A DNA stretch of 64,000 bases. Origin: Candidatus Micrarchaeota archaeon. Lineage in GTDB: Archaea; Micrarchaeota; Micrarchaeia; Micrarchaeales; CABMGC01. Position 1 is the stretch's first letter. Each line of letters opens with the position of its first letter. Made by a program: the position numbers and the translations under genes. Location of the stretch: the NCBI GenBank assembly GCA_028867025.1, contig JAGWHC010000001.1:275198-339197 (forward strand), read 5' to 3'. The notes under the pieces were generated by a model, which did no database searches, was not told where the DNA came from, and saw nothing but the letters and a program-made list of their open reading frames with translations. Below, in pieces: positions 1 through 9,500 of the stretch.

Positions 1-187
1 TGTGGGGCTTTTTGCAGCGGTGTCAAACACAACGGTCCCCGGACTTGCTGGCAACGACTTCTCAACTGTAGCGCAGGGGGCTATATCGAACTATTACGCG
101 TTCATTTTTGCCGCAGTATTTCTGCTTTTTGCGGCTGCGCTTGGAAGCGTGATAATAATCAAGAAGTTTACCAGACTGGTGGTTTGA
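1..187 (+). CDS. nuoJ: NADH-quinone oxidoreductase subunit J, C-terminal part (truncated by window edge)
   Basis: Hydrophobic last helix YYAFIFAAVFLLFAAALGSVII resembles NuoJ TM5; its stop overlaps the nuoK start (TGATG). Confidence 0.7.
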   Translation, partial: VGLFAAVSNTTVPGLAGNDFSTVAQGAISNYYAFIFAAVFLLFAAALGSVIIIKKFTRLVV

Positions 188-489
188 TGATAAGTTTCGT
201 GCTCATTGCTGCCGTGGCGCTGATGGGAGTCGCGCTTGCAGGAATCATAACAGACAGGCATTTCGTGGTGATAATGCTGGCTGTGGAGCTGATGTTCATC
301 GCGAGCAGCATACTGCTGGTCTACTTCTTTTCGTACGGCGCCTCTCCCGATGCTTCTGCGGTGCCTATGATAATCTCGATATGGTCTGTTGCAGCGGTCG
401 AAGTGATAACGCTCATAACGTTTTACGTTTACATGAAGGCGAGAGGCTTTGATTTTGACGTTACGAAACTCTCGAAGTTGAAGTGGTAG
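187..489 (+). CDS. nuoK: NADH-quinone oxidoreductase subunit K
   Basis: About 100 aa with 3 TM helices; MLAVELM and AAVEV carry the two conserved Glu; lies between nuoJ and nuoL. Confidence 0.9.
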   Translation: MISFVLIAAVALMGVALAGIITDRHFVVIMLAVELMFIASSILLVYFFSYGASPDASAVPMIISIWSVAAVEVITLITFYVYMKARGFDFDVTKLSKLKW

Positions 490-490
490 C

Positions 491-2251
491 TTGACTCCTC
501 TCATAATCCTAGTGCCCTTGCTAGCCGCCATACTTGCGATTGCGGTGGACAAGCGCCATGACCATGCGAAGTACATAGCGATTGCCGGCGCGCTCATCAG
601 CCTGGTGCTTTTCCCTATGGCAGACGGTGGAATCGAGGGTATTACGTGGTTCTCAATAGGCGGGGTGCAGCTCACAATCACCACTTCTGTGCTGCCGCTG
701 AATTATCTGCTCCTGTCGCTGGTACTCACAATAGGCGTGCTAATCCTTGTCTACTCAGCAGGTTTCATGGACCTGCCGAGCGAGCAGCGGCGCTACTACA
801 TAGAGATGCTCGCCTTTGAGGCCGCGATGCTCGCCTTTGCGATGGCCGGCGACTTCATAGTGCTGTTCATCGCCTGGGAGTTCCTCAGCCTCACGAGCTA
901 TCTCCTGATTGGCTTCTGGTATGACAGGGATAAGGCGATTTCTGCAGCGAGGAAGACAATTACCATAATACTCATAGGCGACATCGCGCTGCTTGGCGCC
1001 ATGGTGGTGTTCCAGAACAACTTCCACAGCCTGCAGTTCAGCGCCATACTAGGCAATGCAGGGACAGGCCTGACTGTGCTACCAATGCTGCTGCTCCTTG
1101 TGGCGGTGATGGCCAAGTCTGCGCAGTTCCCGCTGCAGGAATGGCTGCCTGATGCGATGGAGGGCCCGACTCCTGTGTCTGCATTCCTACACAGCACAAC
1201 CATGGTCAAGGCTGGCGTGTTTGTGACCATACTGCTCTTTCCACTCTTCTCGGCCGCTGGCCTGCTTCCGGTCATGCTTGTGATTGGCGCCGCAACCGTT
1301 GCAGTGGGCATCTTTGGGGCGACAAGGGAGAGGCACATAAAGCGCGTGCTGGCATACTCAACCGTTCAGGAACTTGGCCTGATGCTCGTGGCTGTGGCCA
1401 GCAACGCTCTTCTGGCCGCAATCTACTTCTTCTTCGCGCAGAGCTTCTACAAGGCGCTGCTCTTCTTCAGCGCCGGAAGTGCGATGAAAGCTACGGACAA
1501 GGAGGACCTGAGCGAGATGAGCGGCATAAAGAGGAACAAGATAGTGTACATCACAACGCTGTTCGGCGTGCTTGCGCTTGCGGGATTCGTGCCGTTTGAC
1601 GGCTTCTTCGCTAACATCGGCATAGACTCGGCATTCTCCATGAACCTCGTCGCGTACGCGCTCATGTCGCTCGTGAGCATAGCAACGAGCTTCTACATCT
1701 TCAGGTGGATGTTCAAACAGTCCAAGAAGGCAAACGCAAGGGTCGCCCTGAACTACGACTCTGTACCCAAGACCATGAGCTATAGCATGATAGTCCTTGC
1801 TGCTGCGGCTTTGGTTGCAAGCGCAGCGTTCTTCGTCTTTCCCAGCGTCTTTTCAGGAATCGGGGGCAGCACGATTAATGCGAACGTCATCGACGCCGGG
1901 GTAGAAACGGCGCTTGTCGTCTCCGGAGCGTACATAGGATATGCTATTTACGGGCAGCAGAAAAAGACACGGCTCAGCAGAATGGAGCCAGAGTACATGT
2001 TCAACCAGGTGTACACAGCGGTGGCGATCAACGCTGCGTATGCTCATGTAGCGAGCTTCGTGGAGGCTCTCGCCGAGGGAGTCGCATACGTTGACGCAAG
2101 GCTCAACTCGGCTATGGACTGGATCGGCCACGGTATGATAAGGCTGTCGGAAAGGATGCGAATGTTCGCAAGCGGCAGCATAAACGCGTACGTCGCGCTC
2201 TTCGCTATCGGAGTCCTGGTGATTGTCCTGGTGGTTGTGGCGACCTTATGA
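491..2251 (+). CDS. nuoL: NADH-quinone oxidoreductase subunit L (antiporter-like)
   Basis: WEFLSLTSYLLIGFW, KSAQFPLQEWLPDAMEGPTPVSAFLHS and KRVLAYST; C-terminal transverse helix; TTG start. Confidence 0.93.
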   Translation: MTPLIILVPLLAAILAIAVDKRHDHAKYIAIAGALISLVLFPMADGGIEGITWFSIGGVQLTITTSVLPLNYLLLSLVLTIGVLILVYSAGFMDLPSEQRRYYIEMLAFEAAMLAFAMAGDFIVLFIAWEFLSLTSYLLIGFWYDRDKAISAARKTITIILIGDIALLGAMVVFQNNFHSLQFSAILGNAGTGLTVLPMLLLLVAVMAKSAQFPLQEWLPDAMEGPTPVSAFLHSTTMVKAGVFVTILLFPLFSAAGLLPVMLVIGAATVAVGIFGATRERHIKRVLAYSTVQELGLMLVAVASNALLAAIYFFFAQSFYKALLFFSAGSAMKATDKEDLSEMSGIKRNKIVYITTLFGVLALAGFVPFDGFFANIGIDSAFSMNLVAYALMSLVSIATSFYIFRWMFKQSKKANARVALNYDSVPKTMSYSMIVLAAAALVASAAFFVFPSVFSGIGGSTINANVIDAGVETALVVSGAYIGYAIYGQQKKTRLSRMEPEYMFNQVYTAVAINAAYAHVASFVEALAEGVAYVDARLNSAMDWIGHGMIRLSERMRMFASGSINAYVALFAIGVLVIVLVVVATL

Positions 2252-3618
2252 TAGAGACATATGTTTTTGCAGGCCTCGTTGCGCTCCTTGCCATCGGAAA
2301 CGTTGTGCTGCGGATAATTGGAGGAAAAGACAGGCACCTTGTCTTTAATCTAGCAGTCCTTCTAGTCCTGCTTCCGGCAATCTACATGCTCGGAAGCAGT
2401 CCGGGCACGCACTTCAGCATGATTTCAGTCAATCCGTTCTCGGTGTTCTTCTTCATGCTGTTCACCGCGACCATGTTTCTGTTGAATCTTATAGCGTATG
2501 CTCGCTCGAAAGACTACAATGACTTCGCACTGCTCGGCGCCTTCGCGCTCACGGGTATGTATCTCGTGGTATCATCGGTATCGCTGATAACCATATTCCT
2601 CGGGCTGGAGCTTATGAGCATACCTTCGGCTTTCATCGTCCTTCTTTCGAGGAGGCAGAGCCTGGAGGCTGCAACAAAACTCTTCATAATGGCTTCTGTC
2701 GCAATCGCCTTCCTTTCCTTTGCAGTAGTGCTAGTATACGGCTCTTCAAACTCGCTGGCGCTGCAGAGCCAGCAGGCCAGCGGCCTGATTTATTTTGCGC
2801 TCGCGCTTTTCATTGCATCGCTTGGGTTCGAGGCTTCGATATTCCCATTCAATGTACTGCTGCCTGACGTGTATCAGGGATCAGCAGGATACGCGACAGC
2901 AATGCTCGGCGGGCTGAACAAAAAAGTGGGCCTTGCTGCGCTCATGCAGGTGCTGATACTTGTCTTTATCTCGTTTCATCTCGCATTCACCATAGTAGCT
3001 GTGCTCGCTGTACTCACAATGTTCTACGGCAATCTCGTCGCACTGGTGCAGACAAACCTGAAACGGCTCTTCGCCTATTCCTCAATCTCCCAGGCCGGGT
3101 ACATACTGATAGGCATAGCTGTTGCGACGCAGAGCGGTGTGGGGGCAAGCATCTTCCAGATGTTCGCGCATGCATTCCTGTTCATAGGAGCCTTGGGCAT
3201 AGTGGCTTGGCTTGAGAGCAAGGACAGGAATGAGATAAACGATGTCATCGGCCTCTACAAGGAGAACAGGTTCGCTGCAATCGCGCTCACTATCTTCATG
3301 CTCTCTTTCGTGGGGCTGCCTTTCACTACAGGCTTCATGGGGAAGTTCCTGATATTCCTGAGTGCGGTAAACGGAGGCCTCGTGTGGCTCGCGCTTTTCG
3401 GAGTCATCAACAGCATTATCTCGATCTTCTACTACGCGAAAGTAATGACGGCCATGTACACCACGAAGTTCGGGTCGTACCACATCAAGATGGACAGGTA
3501 CACGTTCACAGTGATAGCGGCCTGCCTCGCCATTACGCTTGCTTTCGGCATATATCCGCAACCTATGATCCAGGCAGTAACCGGAGCGGCCGGACACCTC
3601 ATAGGCGCTGGTGTGTGA
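2248..3618 (+). CDS. nuoN: NADH-quinone oxidoreductase subunit N
   Basis: LGLELMS, LEAATK, PDVYQG, QTNLKRLFAYSSISQAGY, GLPFTTGFMGKF and NSIISIFYY. Confidence 0.92.
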   Translation: MIETYVFAGLVALLAIGNVVLRIIGGKDRHLVFNLAVLLVLLPAIYMLGSSPGTHFSMISVNPFSVFFFMLFTATMFLLNLIAYARSKDYNDFALLGAFALTGMYLVVSSVSLITIFLGLELMSIPSAFIVLLSRRQSLEAATKLFIMASVAIAFLSFAVVLVYGSSNSLALQSQQASGLIYFALALFIASLGFEASIFPFNVLLPDVYQGSAGYATAMLGGLNKKVGLAALMQVLILVFISFHLAFTIVAVLAVLTMFYGNLVALVQTNLKRLFAYSSISQAGYILIGIAVATQSGVGASIFQMFAHAFLFIGALGIVAWLESKDRNEINDVIGLYKENRFAAIALTIFMLSFVGLPFTTGFMGKFLIFLSAVNGGLVWLALFGVINSIISIFYYAKVMTAMYTTKFGSYHIKMDRYTFTVIAACLAITLAFGIYPQPMIQAVTGAAGHLIGAGV

Positions 3619-6390
3619 TTACCTCTTGCCGTACTTGCTGAAGAAGGTGAGGTACCTGCCGAGGACTAGAGTGGGAGCCGAAGGCCTTGCTTTTTGAATC
3701 AGTTCGAGTATGTCGCTGCTTCTTATCTTCGCTTCCTTTCCTGAGGAGAGGCTCAGCTCTAGCGTGTTCATCTTCACCTGTCTGCAGATGTTCGCTATGT
3801 CGGCTCCGGTGTAGCCTTCCGTGGTCTGCGCAAGCTTGTTGTAGTCCATGTCGTTAGCGACAGGCGCTTTCTCCAGGTTGATTTCGAAAAGCTTTGCCCT
3901 GCTTTCTAGGTCAGGAGGCGGCATGAATACGAGCTTGTCGAATCTGCCTGAGCGCAGGAGGGCAGGGTCAAGGACGTCGGGTCTGTTGGTCGCGGCAACT
4001 ACCACTATGCCGGTAGCGTCCTTTATTTTGTCGAACTCCTCAAGGAACTCGCCAGCCATCTGGATCTGTGATCCCTTCGCAGAGTCCCTCGAAGGCACCA
4101 TCGCATCTATCTCGTCTACAAAGACTATTGCGGGCGCGTTCTCCTTCGCCCTGTCGAATATTTCCTTTATTGCCGCGGTCGCCTGGCTTGAGCCATATTT
4201 CGTGAGGTCATAGCCGGATATCGAAAGAACTCGCACGTCGCCGACCTCGTTGGCCAGAGCCTGCATCAGCATCGTCTTCCCTGTGCCCGGAGGTCCGAAT
4301 AAGAGTATGCCCTTTATGTTGCCTATGTCGTACTTCTTGAGAAGCTCGGGATGCAGTATCGGTATCTCTACGGCCTCGTGCAGCGCCTTCTTCGCCTCCT
4401 CCAGGTCCACAACATCATCAAGGGTCAGCTTCCTGGTTTCCTCCATCACCTTTTCAGGATGCATCCTGCGCTCATAGTCCAGCCTGAAGGTGTTGTATGT
4501 CTCGAGCTGCGCCAGGGACGTCGAAGGCTTAGTTCCCTTGATCACGGTGATGACATCGGCCATCTTTATGGTGAGCACCTCGCGTTTCGATATTGCTTTT
4601 TCTCCCACCTCTCTGCTCACCTCCTCGCACGCGTTCTTTATGTCAGCTGCGGAGAACCTGTTGGTCAGGCTTGCGAGCTTTCCGTAGTCTATGTCTTTGC
4701 TTACGGGCAAGTTGGATAGGTAGTAATGGAATATTTTCTCCCTTCCTGGCTGGTCAGGCAGTCCCATGAAGATTATCTTGTCGAATCTTCCGGGGCGCAG
4801 CACAGCGGGATCCAAGAGCTGCGGCGCGTTCGTCGCTCCGACTATCACCACGTCTGATATTGCCTTGAAGCCGTCCATCTCGCTAAGCAGCGTCGTTATG
4901 AGCTCGAGGCCGCTCTGGCTCTCCTGACTCTCCCTCTTGCCAGCTATGTTGTCTATTTCGTCGAAGAACAGTACGCACGGTGCGTGCTTCTTTGCCGTGG
5001 CGAATATCTTGGCGAGTGCCTGCGCGCTTTCCCCAGGGTAAGGGGATATCAGCGACGCCGCACTCACGTAGAAGAATCCGGCGCGGATTTCATTGGCGAG
5101 CGCCCTCATTATGAGCGTCTTTCCTGTTCCAGGAGGTCCGAAGAGGAGTATTCCCTTGGCGGGATTGACCTTGTACGCGCCTGATATTTCCCTGTGCTCT
5201 ATAGGTGCGAGTATGGATTCTTTCAGTTCTTGCTTCGTTTCGTCGTAGTTTGCGACGTCGTCAAGGGTTTCCGATGAGCCCTTGGTCAGATCTTGGAATG
5301 CCACCCCGAACTTGCCGAGTATGTCCTGCTTCATCACATCCAGGGCTTGGACCACCTCGACGTCTGTAGCCTCGAGAACGAATATGATGATCGGCGTGAT
5401 TATGAAACTTGCTATCACCAGGGGATTGAATGGTATGCCTGACAGAAGAGAGAACACGAACGACGACACCGGCAGCACCGCGCCGAACAGGCTCGCTATC
5501 GTGCCCTTGTACGCCGACCTGCTTTTGACCGCGTAGTTGGCAATGCTGAACGCTACGAATATCCAGAGCAGGATTTGGGGCAGGGTGTACTGTATGTTGT
5601 AAACGATGGCGGCGCCAGCGGAATAGAAGCCGTCGAACAGGTGGTTCGCGACGTTGTAGCTGAAGAAGACAGCTAGCGCATTGGCGAAAGCTCCTGCAAA
5701 TCCGCCTATCGTGGGAACTGTGTCTGTCACAGTAAGGTACTGCGTATACGACAGGCCCTGCACGTATTTTGCATGGCCCTGCTGGGAGTTGTATGCTATA
5801 GGACCAGATAGTGGAATGTTCGCAAGGTTGGACACTATTACCACTATCAGAATCACCAGCGTTGCTATTATCGCGCCGCGTTTGAAGCCCAATACAAGCA
5901 CCGCAAGTATGAATGCAGGCACCTCAAGCAGCAGGCCAAGGTAGGAGAGAGGAAGGGCGGTGAGTGCATATGCGTACGAGATGGACCTGTAATGCTTGTA
6001 GCCGAGGAACAGAGACGCGCTTATGATTATGGTGATGAGCCATGCCAGCAGAGGAGCTTGGTATATGATCATCGGCAGCGTGAGAAGCAGAAGCGCCATC
6101 AATCCCGCGAGCGGAGCGAGATATGTGAGTATGAAAACCAGGGCGAGCAGCGGCATAAAGAAGAGCAGAGGAAAGAAGGGGAATGCTATTCCAAGGCTCG
6201 CGAAAGCGAAAGTGGTTGCAAGGGAATCATGGAAATTGTGGTTCGCGACTACCTTCTTTACAATGTCCTTCAGCCTGTAGATGTAGAGCGGCACAAGCTT
6301 GCGCCGCAGCATCTCGCTCGGAGTCTCCTTGGGCGGCGGATCAGCGTCAGCGCTCTTGCCCTCGCTTTTCGCGCCAGTTCTCCTCGGCAT
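3619..6390 (-). CDS. Double-AAA+ (CDC48/VAT-like D1-D2) ATPase with N-terminal multi-pass membrane domain
   Basis: Two GILLFGPPGTGKT Walker A motifs, two hhhhDEID Walker B motifs, two SRH (DPAVLRPGRFD, DPALLRSGRFD); residues ~55-340 largely hydrophobic. Confidence 0.9.
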   Translation of the reverse strand: MPRRTGAKSEGKSADADPPPKETPSEMLRRKLVPLYIYRLKDIVKKVVANHNFHDSLATTFAFASLGIAFPFFPLLFFMPLLALVFILTYLAPLAGLMALLLLTLPMIIYQAPLLAWLITIIISASLFLGYKHYRSISYAYALTALPLSYLGLLLEVPAFILAVLVLGFKRGAIIATLVILIVVIVSNLANIPLSGPIAYNSQQGHAKYVQGLSYTQYLTVTDTVPTIGGFAGAFANALAVFFSYNVANHLFDGFYSAGAAIVYNIQYTLPQILLWIFVAFSIANYAVKSRSAYKGTIASLFGAVLPVSSFVFSLLSGIPFNPLVIASFIITPIIIFVLEATDVEVVQALDVMKQDILGKFGVAFQDLTKGSSETLDDVANYDETKQELKESILAPIEHREISGAYKVNPAKGILLFGPPGTGKTLIMRALANEIRAGFFYVSAASLISPYPGESAQALAKIFATAKKHAPCVLFFDEIDNIAGKRESQESQSGLELITTLLSEMDGFKAISDVVIVGATNAPQLLDPAVLRPGRFDKIIFMGLPDQPGREKIFHYYLSNLPVSKDIDYGKLASLTNRFSAADIKNACEEVSREVGEKAISKREVLTIKMADVITVIKGTKPSTSLAQLETYNTFRLDYERRMHPEKVMEETRKLTLDDVVDLEEAKKALHEAVEIPILHPELLKKYDIGNIKGILLFGPPGTGKTMLMQALANEVGDVRVLSISGYDLTKYGSSQATAAIKEIFDRAKENAPAIVFVDEIDAMVPSRDSAKGSQIQMAGEFLEEFDKIKDATGIVVVAATNRPDVLDPALLRSGRFDKLVFMPPPDLESRAKLFEINLEKAPVANDMDYNKLAQTTEGYTGADIANICRQVKMNTLELSLSSGKEAKIRSSDILELIQKARPSAPTLVLGRYLTFFSKYGKR

Positions 6391-6446
6391 AATCTTAACT
6401 CTCTGATATGTATATTAATATTGGTTAAACTGGTATAAGTATGCTT

Positions 6447-6546
6447 CCCGCAGTAGCTCAATGGCAGAGCGCGCGCCTGTAGTTTTGAAAGCTGGCACAT
6501 AAAGTCAGAAAGCGCGATGTTGCTGGTTCGACTCCGGCCTGCGGGA
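6447..6546 (+). tRNA. tRNA-Tyr(GTA) with 28-nt intron at 37/38 (6483-6510)
   Basis: Acceptor CCCGCAG/CTGCGGG with C1:G72 and discriminator A; D-arm GCTC/GAGC; anticodon stem CGCGC/GCGCG; T-loop TTCGACT. Confidence 0.93.
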
Positions 6547-6563
6547 TACCTAAAAGGTAAGAA

Positions 6564-6821
6564 ATGGTAGACTACGTTATGATTTTGGGTTTTGTAGCGG
6601 GCGCGTTCACCACCTTTTCTTTCCTGCCGCAGACATTCAAATCAATAAAGACGAAATCCACAAAGGACATTTCCTGGTACATGCTGATAATTTTGATTAG
6701 CGGACTGGTGCTTTGGATGGTATACGGAATCATAATAGGGTCCTCGCCGCTCGCTGTTTGGAATTTCATCTCTCTCCTGACTACAGCCCCGATGGCCGTG
6801 CTTAAGTTAAAATATGGTTAG
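6564..6821 (+). CDS. SemiSWEET / PQ-loop family transporter
   Basis: 85 aa, 3 TM helices; TTFSFLPQ..K..KTKSTKDIS and WMVYG. Confidence 0.88.
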   Translation: MVDYVMILGFVAGAFTTFSFLPQTFKSIKTKSTKDISWYMLIILISGLVLWMVYGIIIGSSPLAVWNFISLLTTAPMAVLKLKYG

Positions 6822-6837
6822 GGGCAAGTAATACTGC

Positions 6838-6910
6838 GCCTTGGTAGTGTAGTGGTCTAGCATACGAGCCTGTCACGCTTGTGACCCGGGTTCGAATCCC
6901 GGCCAAGGCG
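6838..6910 (+). tRNA. tRNA-Asp(GTC)
   Basis: Acceptor GCCTTGG/CCAAGGC plus G; anticodon arm CGAGC-CTGTCAC-GCTTG; T-arm CCGGG-TTCGAAT-CCCGG. Confidence 0.95.
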
Positions 6911-7006
6911 TAAAACAAATATACTGTTCGTTTCTGTATGCAAGTAAATCAGCAGGAAACTCTGATTTAAAAGGTTTCGATTTCAACTTTAGTCTGAGGT
7001 GGGCAG

Positions 7007-7486
7007 ATGCAGGAAGTATACAAGAAACCTCTGACCGAAACCGAGGCGAGGTCGCTCAGAGCGCGTGAAATAATGAGTTCGCCCGCAGTAACGGCAAGCG
7101 AAAAGACAAGCATAAGGGACATAGCTAAGCTCATGAAGAAGCACGATGTTGACGCTGTTGTGATAACAGACAAGAACGGGATTCCTGCAGGCATAATAAC
7201 AGAAGGCGACATTGTAAGGAGATTAGTGTCCACCAAAAGGAACCTGTGGTTCGTTAAGGCAGGTCACGTGATGAGCAAGCCGCTGGTGACTGTTGGCAAG
7301 GACGCCATGCTTGAAGACGCGGCAAGGTACATGGCCGAGAAGAAAGTGAAAAAGCTGTGCGTCGTTGACGAGAACAACAAGCTTGTCGGCATGCTGACCA
7401 CCGAAGACATAACCAAGAACGCGGGCTACCTGATAAACCTCCTGGAAGAGGTCATACACACCGGCTACTACTCCGCGCTTCTCTAG
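7007..7486 (+). CDS. CBS domain (Bateman module) protein
   Basis: Two CBS repeats: AREIMSSP...GIITEGDI and HVMSKP...VGMLTTEDI. Confidence 0.9.
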   Translation: MQEVYKKPLTETEARSLRAREIMSSPAVTASEKTSIRDIAKLMKKHDVDAVVITDKNGIPAGIITEGDIVRRLVSTKRNLWFVKAGHVMSKPLVTVGKDAMLEDAARYMAEKKVKKLCVVDENNKLVGMLTTEDITKNAGYLINLLEEVIHTGYYSALL

Positions 7487-8902
7487 CTACACTGCGAAAG
7501 GCGAAAGCAGTAGGAACGGGGCTATTCCAAGGATAACAGTGGCAGCAGAAAGGAAGACCATCGATACTTTTATGTCGTTTCCGGGATTGGTGAACGGCTC
7601 TATCGCCTTGGAGGTGCTGAAGAACACGCGCTCCGCAACAAAGAACATGAACGCCCCTATTATCAGTATAGCAGCCAGCGGCACTATGCCTCCTACGCTG
7701 TATACCCCAAAGGCGCCGATGAACACGAGAAGGTCGCCTATGAAGCCGCTGGTAAGGGGTATGCCCACAAGTGCGAAGACTCCGAAGACGAATCCGTAGG
7801 CGAGCATCGGAATGTTTTTCACGACTCCCTTCAGCCTCGCTATGAGCATTGTGCCGTACGCCTCATCGAGCGCGCCCGCTACCAGGAAAAGCAGAGAGAT
7901 GATTATCCCGTGGCTCAGCATCGAGTAAAGCCCTCCGGCTATTCCGAAAGTGCTCTGGGAGGCTATGCCAAGCGATGCGATTCCCATGTCAACTATGCTC
8001 GTGTACGCGATAAGCCGCTTGAGATGCTCCTGCCTTATGGCGACCATGGCGCTGTAGAGCGCAGAGAATCCGAAAAGCGCCGCGAGCGGCAACGCATATG
8101 TTGATGCGATAGGCAGCATCAGAAACATGAGTATCAGCCCGTAGCCTCCGAACTTGAGGAGTATGCCTGCGAGTATCATGCTGCCTGTGGTGGGTGCCTC
8201 GGTATGTGCGTCAGGAAGCCAATTGTGGAACGGGAACGACGGAATCTTGATGAGGAATGCAACGCTCAGGAGAAGAAGCGCGAGAAGCTGCGTTGCCTGT
8301 GGAAGCGATGACGATTGCGATATCACTGAGGCTATGTTGAACGTCTGAGTGGGCAGGCCAGAGTATATCACAAGTATGCCCAGCAGAAGAAAGAGACTTG
8401 CGACTATGGAGTAGATCAGGAACTTTATCGCAGCGTAGCGCCTGTCGTACCCGCCGAAGATGTAAATTATGAAGAACATCGCCACCTCACTTATCTCCCA
8501 GAAGAGGTAGAAGAGGAAGAGATTACCAGCCAGGAATACGCCTAGCGTCGCCCCGGCGGTGAGCAGGAAGAGAAGGTTGTAGATTCGCTGCGATTCCTTG
8601 ATGAAGCTGCCTGCGACGAGCGCGGACGCGAACAGCACTATCGCGCTCATGACCATAAAGATGTTGCTGTACCTTGTCAGCTCGAGATCCAGGTTTATGC
8701 CCAGGTTCTGGATGTAGCCCTGCTGGAAAGACAGTAATGGGAAGCCCTGCGACAGTCCGAACCATGCGGCGCCGAACACTATGGCCAAGACTATAAGCGA
8801 GGAGCCCGTGGAGACAAGGAACGACTGCTTCTCGGGGATGAAGAAGAGCGGGATGGCGAATACGAAAGGCAGGAAAACGATTATTGGCAGAAACCAGAGC
8901 AT
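7487..8902 (-). CDS. nuoM: NADH-quinone oxidoreductase subunit M
   Basis: FYLFWE, RRYAAIKF, KIPSFPFHNWLPDAHTEAPTTGSMILAGILLKFGGYG, LKRLIAYTS and MLSHG. Confidence 0.93.
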   Translation of the reverse strand: MLWFLPIIVFLPFVFAIPLFFIPEKQSFLVSTGSSLIVLAIVFGAAWFGLSQGFPLLSFQQGYIQNLGINLDLELTRYSNIFMVMSAIVLFASALVAGSFIKESQRIYNLLFLLTAGATLGVFLAGNLFLFYLFWEISEVAMFFIIYIFGGYDRRYAAIKFLIYSIVASLFLLLGILVIYSGLPTQTFNIASVISQSSSLPQATQLLALLLLSVAFLIKIPSFPFHNWLPDAHTEAPTTGSMILAGILLKFGGYGLILMFLMLPIASTYALPLAALFGFSALYSAMVAIRQEHLKRLIAYTSIVDMGIASLGIASQSTFGIAGGLYSMLSHGIIISLLFLVAGALDEAYGTMLIARLKGVVKNIPMLAYGFVFGVFALVGIPLTSGFIGDLLVFIGAFGVYSVGGIVPLAAILIIGAFMFFVAERVFFSTSKAIEPFTNPGNDIKVSMVFLSAATVILGIAPFLLLSPFAV

Positions 8903-8970
8903 CGAACCAGCAAAAGCTAGGTGCGAATTTCAAGCTTATATTGGTTGTGCAGAAAGCTCGCAACCGATAA

Positions 8971-9279
8971 TCAGTACGCGGAGTCTATGCTGCTTTCCGG
9001 GAACCCGAGGCTGACCAGCTCCTTCTTTGCGGCTGCTATGTGGTCGCCCTGCAGCTCTATCACTCCTTTCTTGTGCGTGCCCCCGCATGCGAGCCTCGTC
9101 TTGAGCTCCTTTGTTGTCTTGTCCAGATCGTCGCCGCTGAGGCCTTCGACTATTGTGACGAACTTGCTGAACTTCGCCTTCGCCTTGTACACCTTGATGC
9201 GCTTCGTCGCCTCCCTGTCTAGGATCTCGCAGACGCAGATCTCCTTTGGCAGACCGCACCTTGGGCACATCTCAGGCAT
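8971..9279 (-). CDS. sui1: Translation initiation factor aIF1/SUI1
   Basis: CPRCGLPKEICVCE and KELKTRLACGGTHK..IELQGDH. Confidence 0.95.
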   Translation of the reverse strand: MPEMCPRCGLPKEICVCEILDREATKRIKVYKAKAKFSKFVTIVEGLSGDDLDKTTKELKTRLACGGTHKKGVIELQGDHIAAAKKELVSLGFPESSIDSAY

Positions 9280-9281
9280 TA

Positions 9282-9476
9282 CTATTTGGCACCTTTCTCC
9301 TTCAGGAGAGTCAAAATCTGGGCCCGTGTGCGCCGCATCTCCCTCACCTTCACTTTCTTGCTCTGCACTCCGGTGGCTGCTATCTTCCTTTTCTCTATAG
9401 ACAAATCGAGGGACAGCTGCTGAAGCCTGTTTCTAAGCATATCTACGCTCATCGCCCTTAGGTCTTTTATACGCAT
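9282..9476 (-). CDS. rpl29: 50S ribosomal protein L29 (uL29)
   Basis: MRIKDLRAMS...KVREMRRTRAQILTLLKEK; lies between rps3 and sui1. Confidence 0.9.
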   Translation of the reverse strand: MRIKDLRAMSVDMLRNRLQQLSLDLSIEKRKIAATGVQSKKVKVREMRRTRAQILTLLKEKGAK

Positions 9477-9500
9477 TACAATCACATATTGGGCATTTCC

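Noticed and set aside
3619-6390. FtsH or canonical Cdc48/VAT
   Set aside because: No HExxH M41 protease domain, two AAA modules rather than one, and no soluble Cdc48 N-domain.
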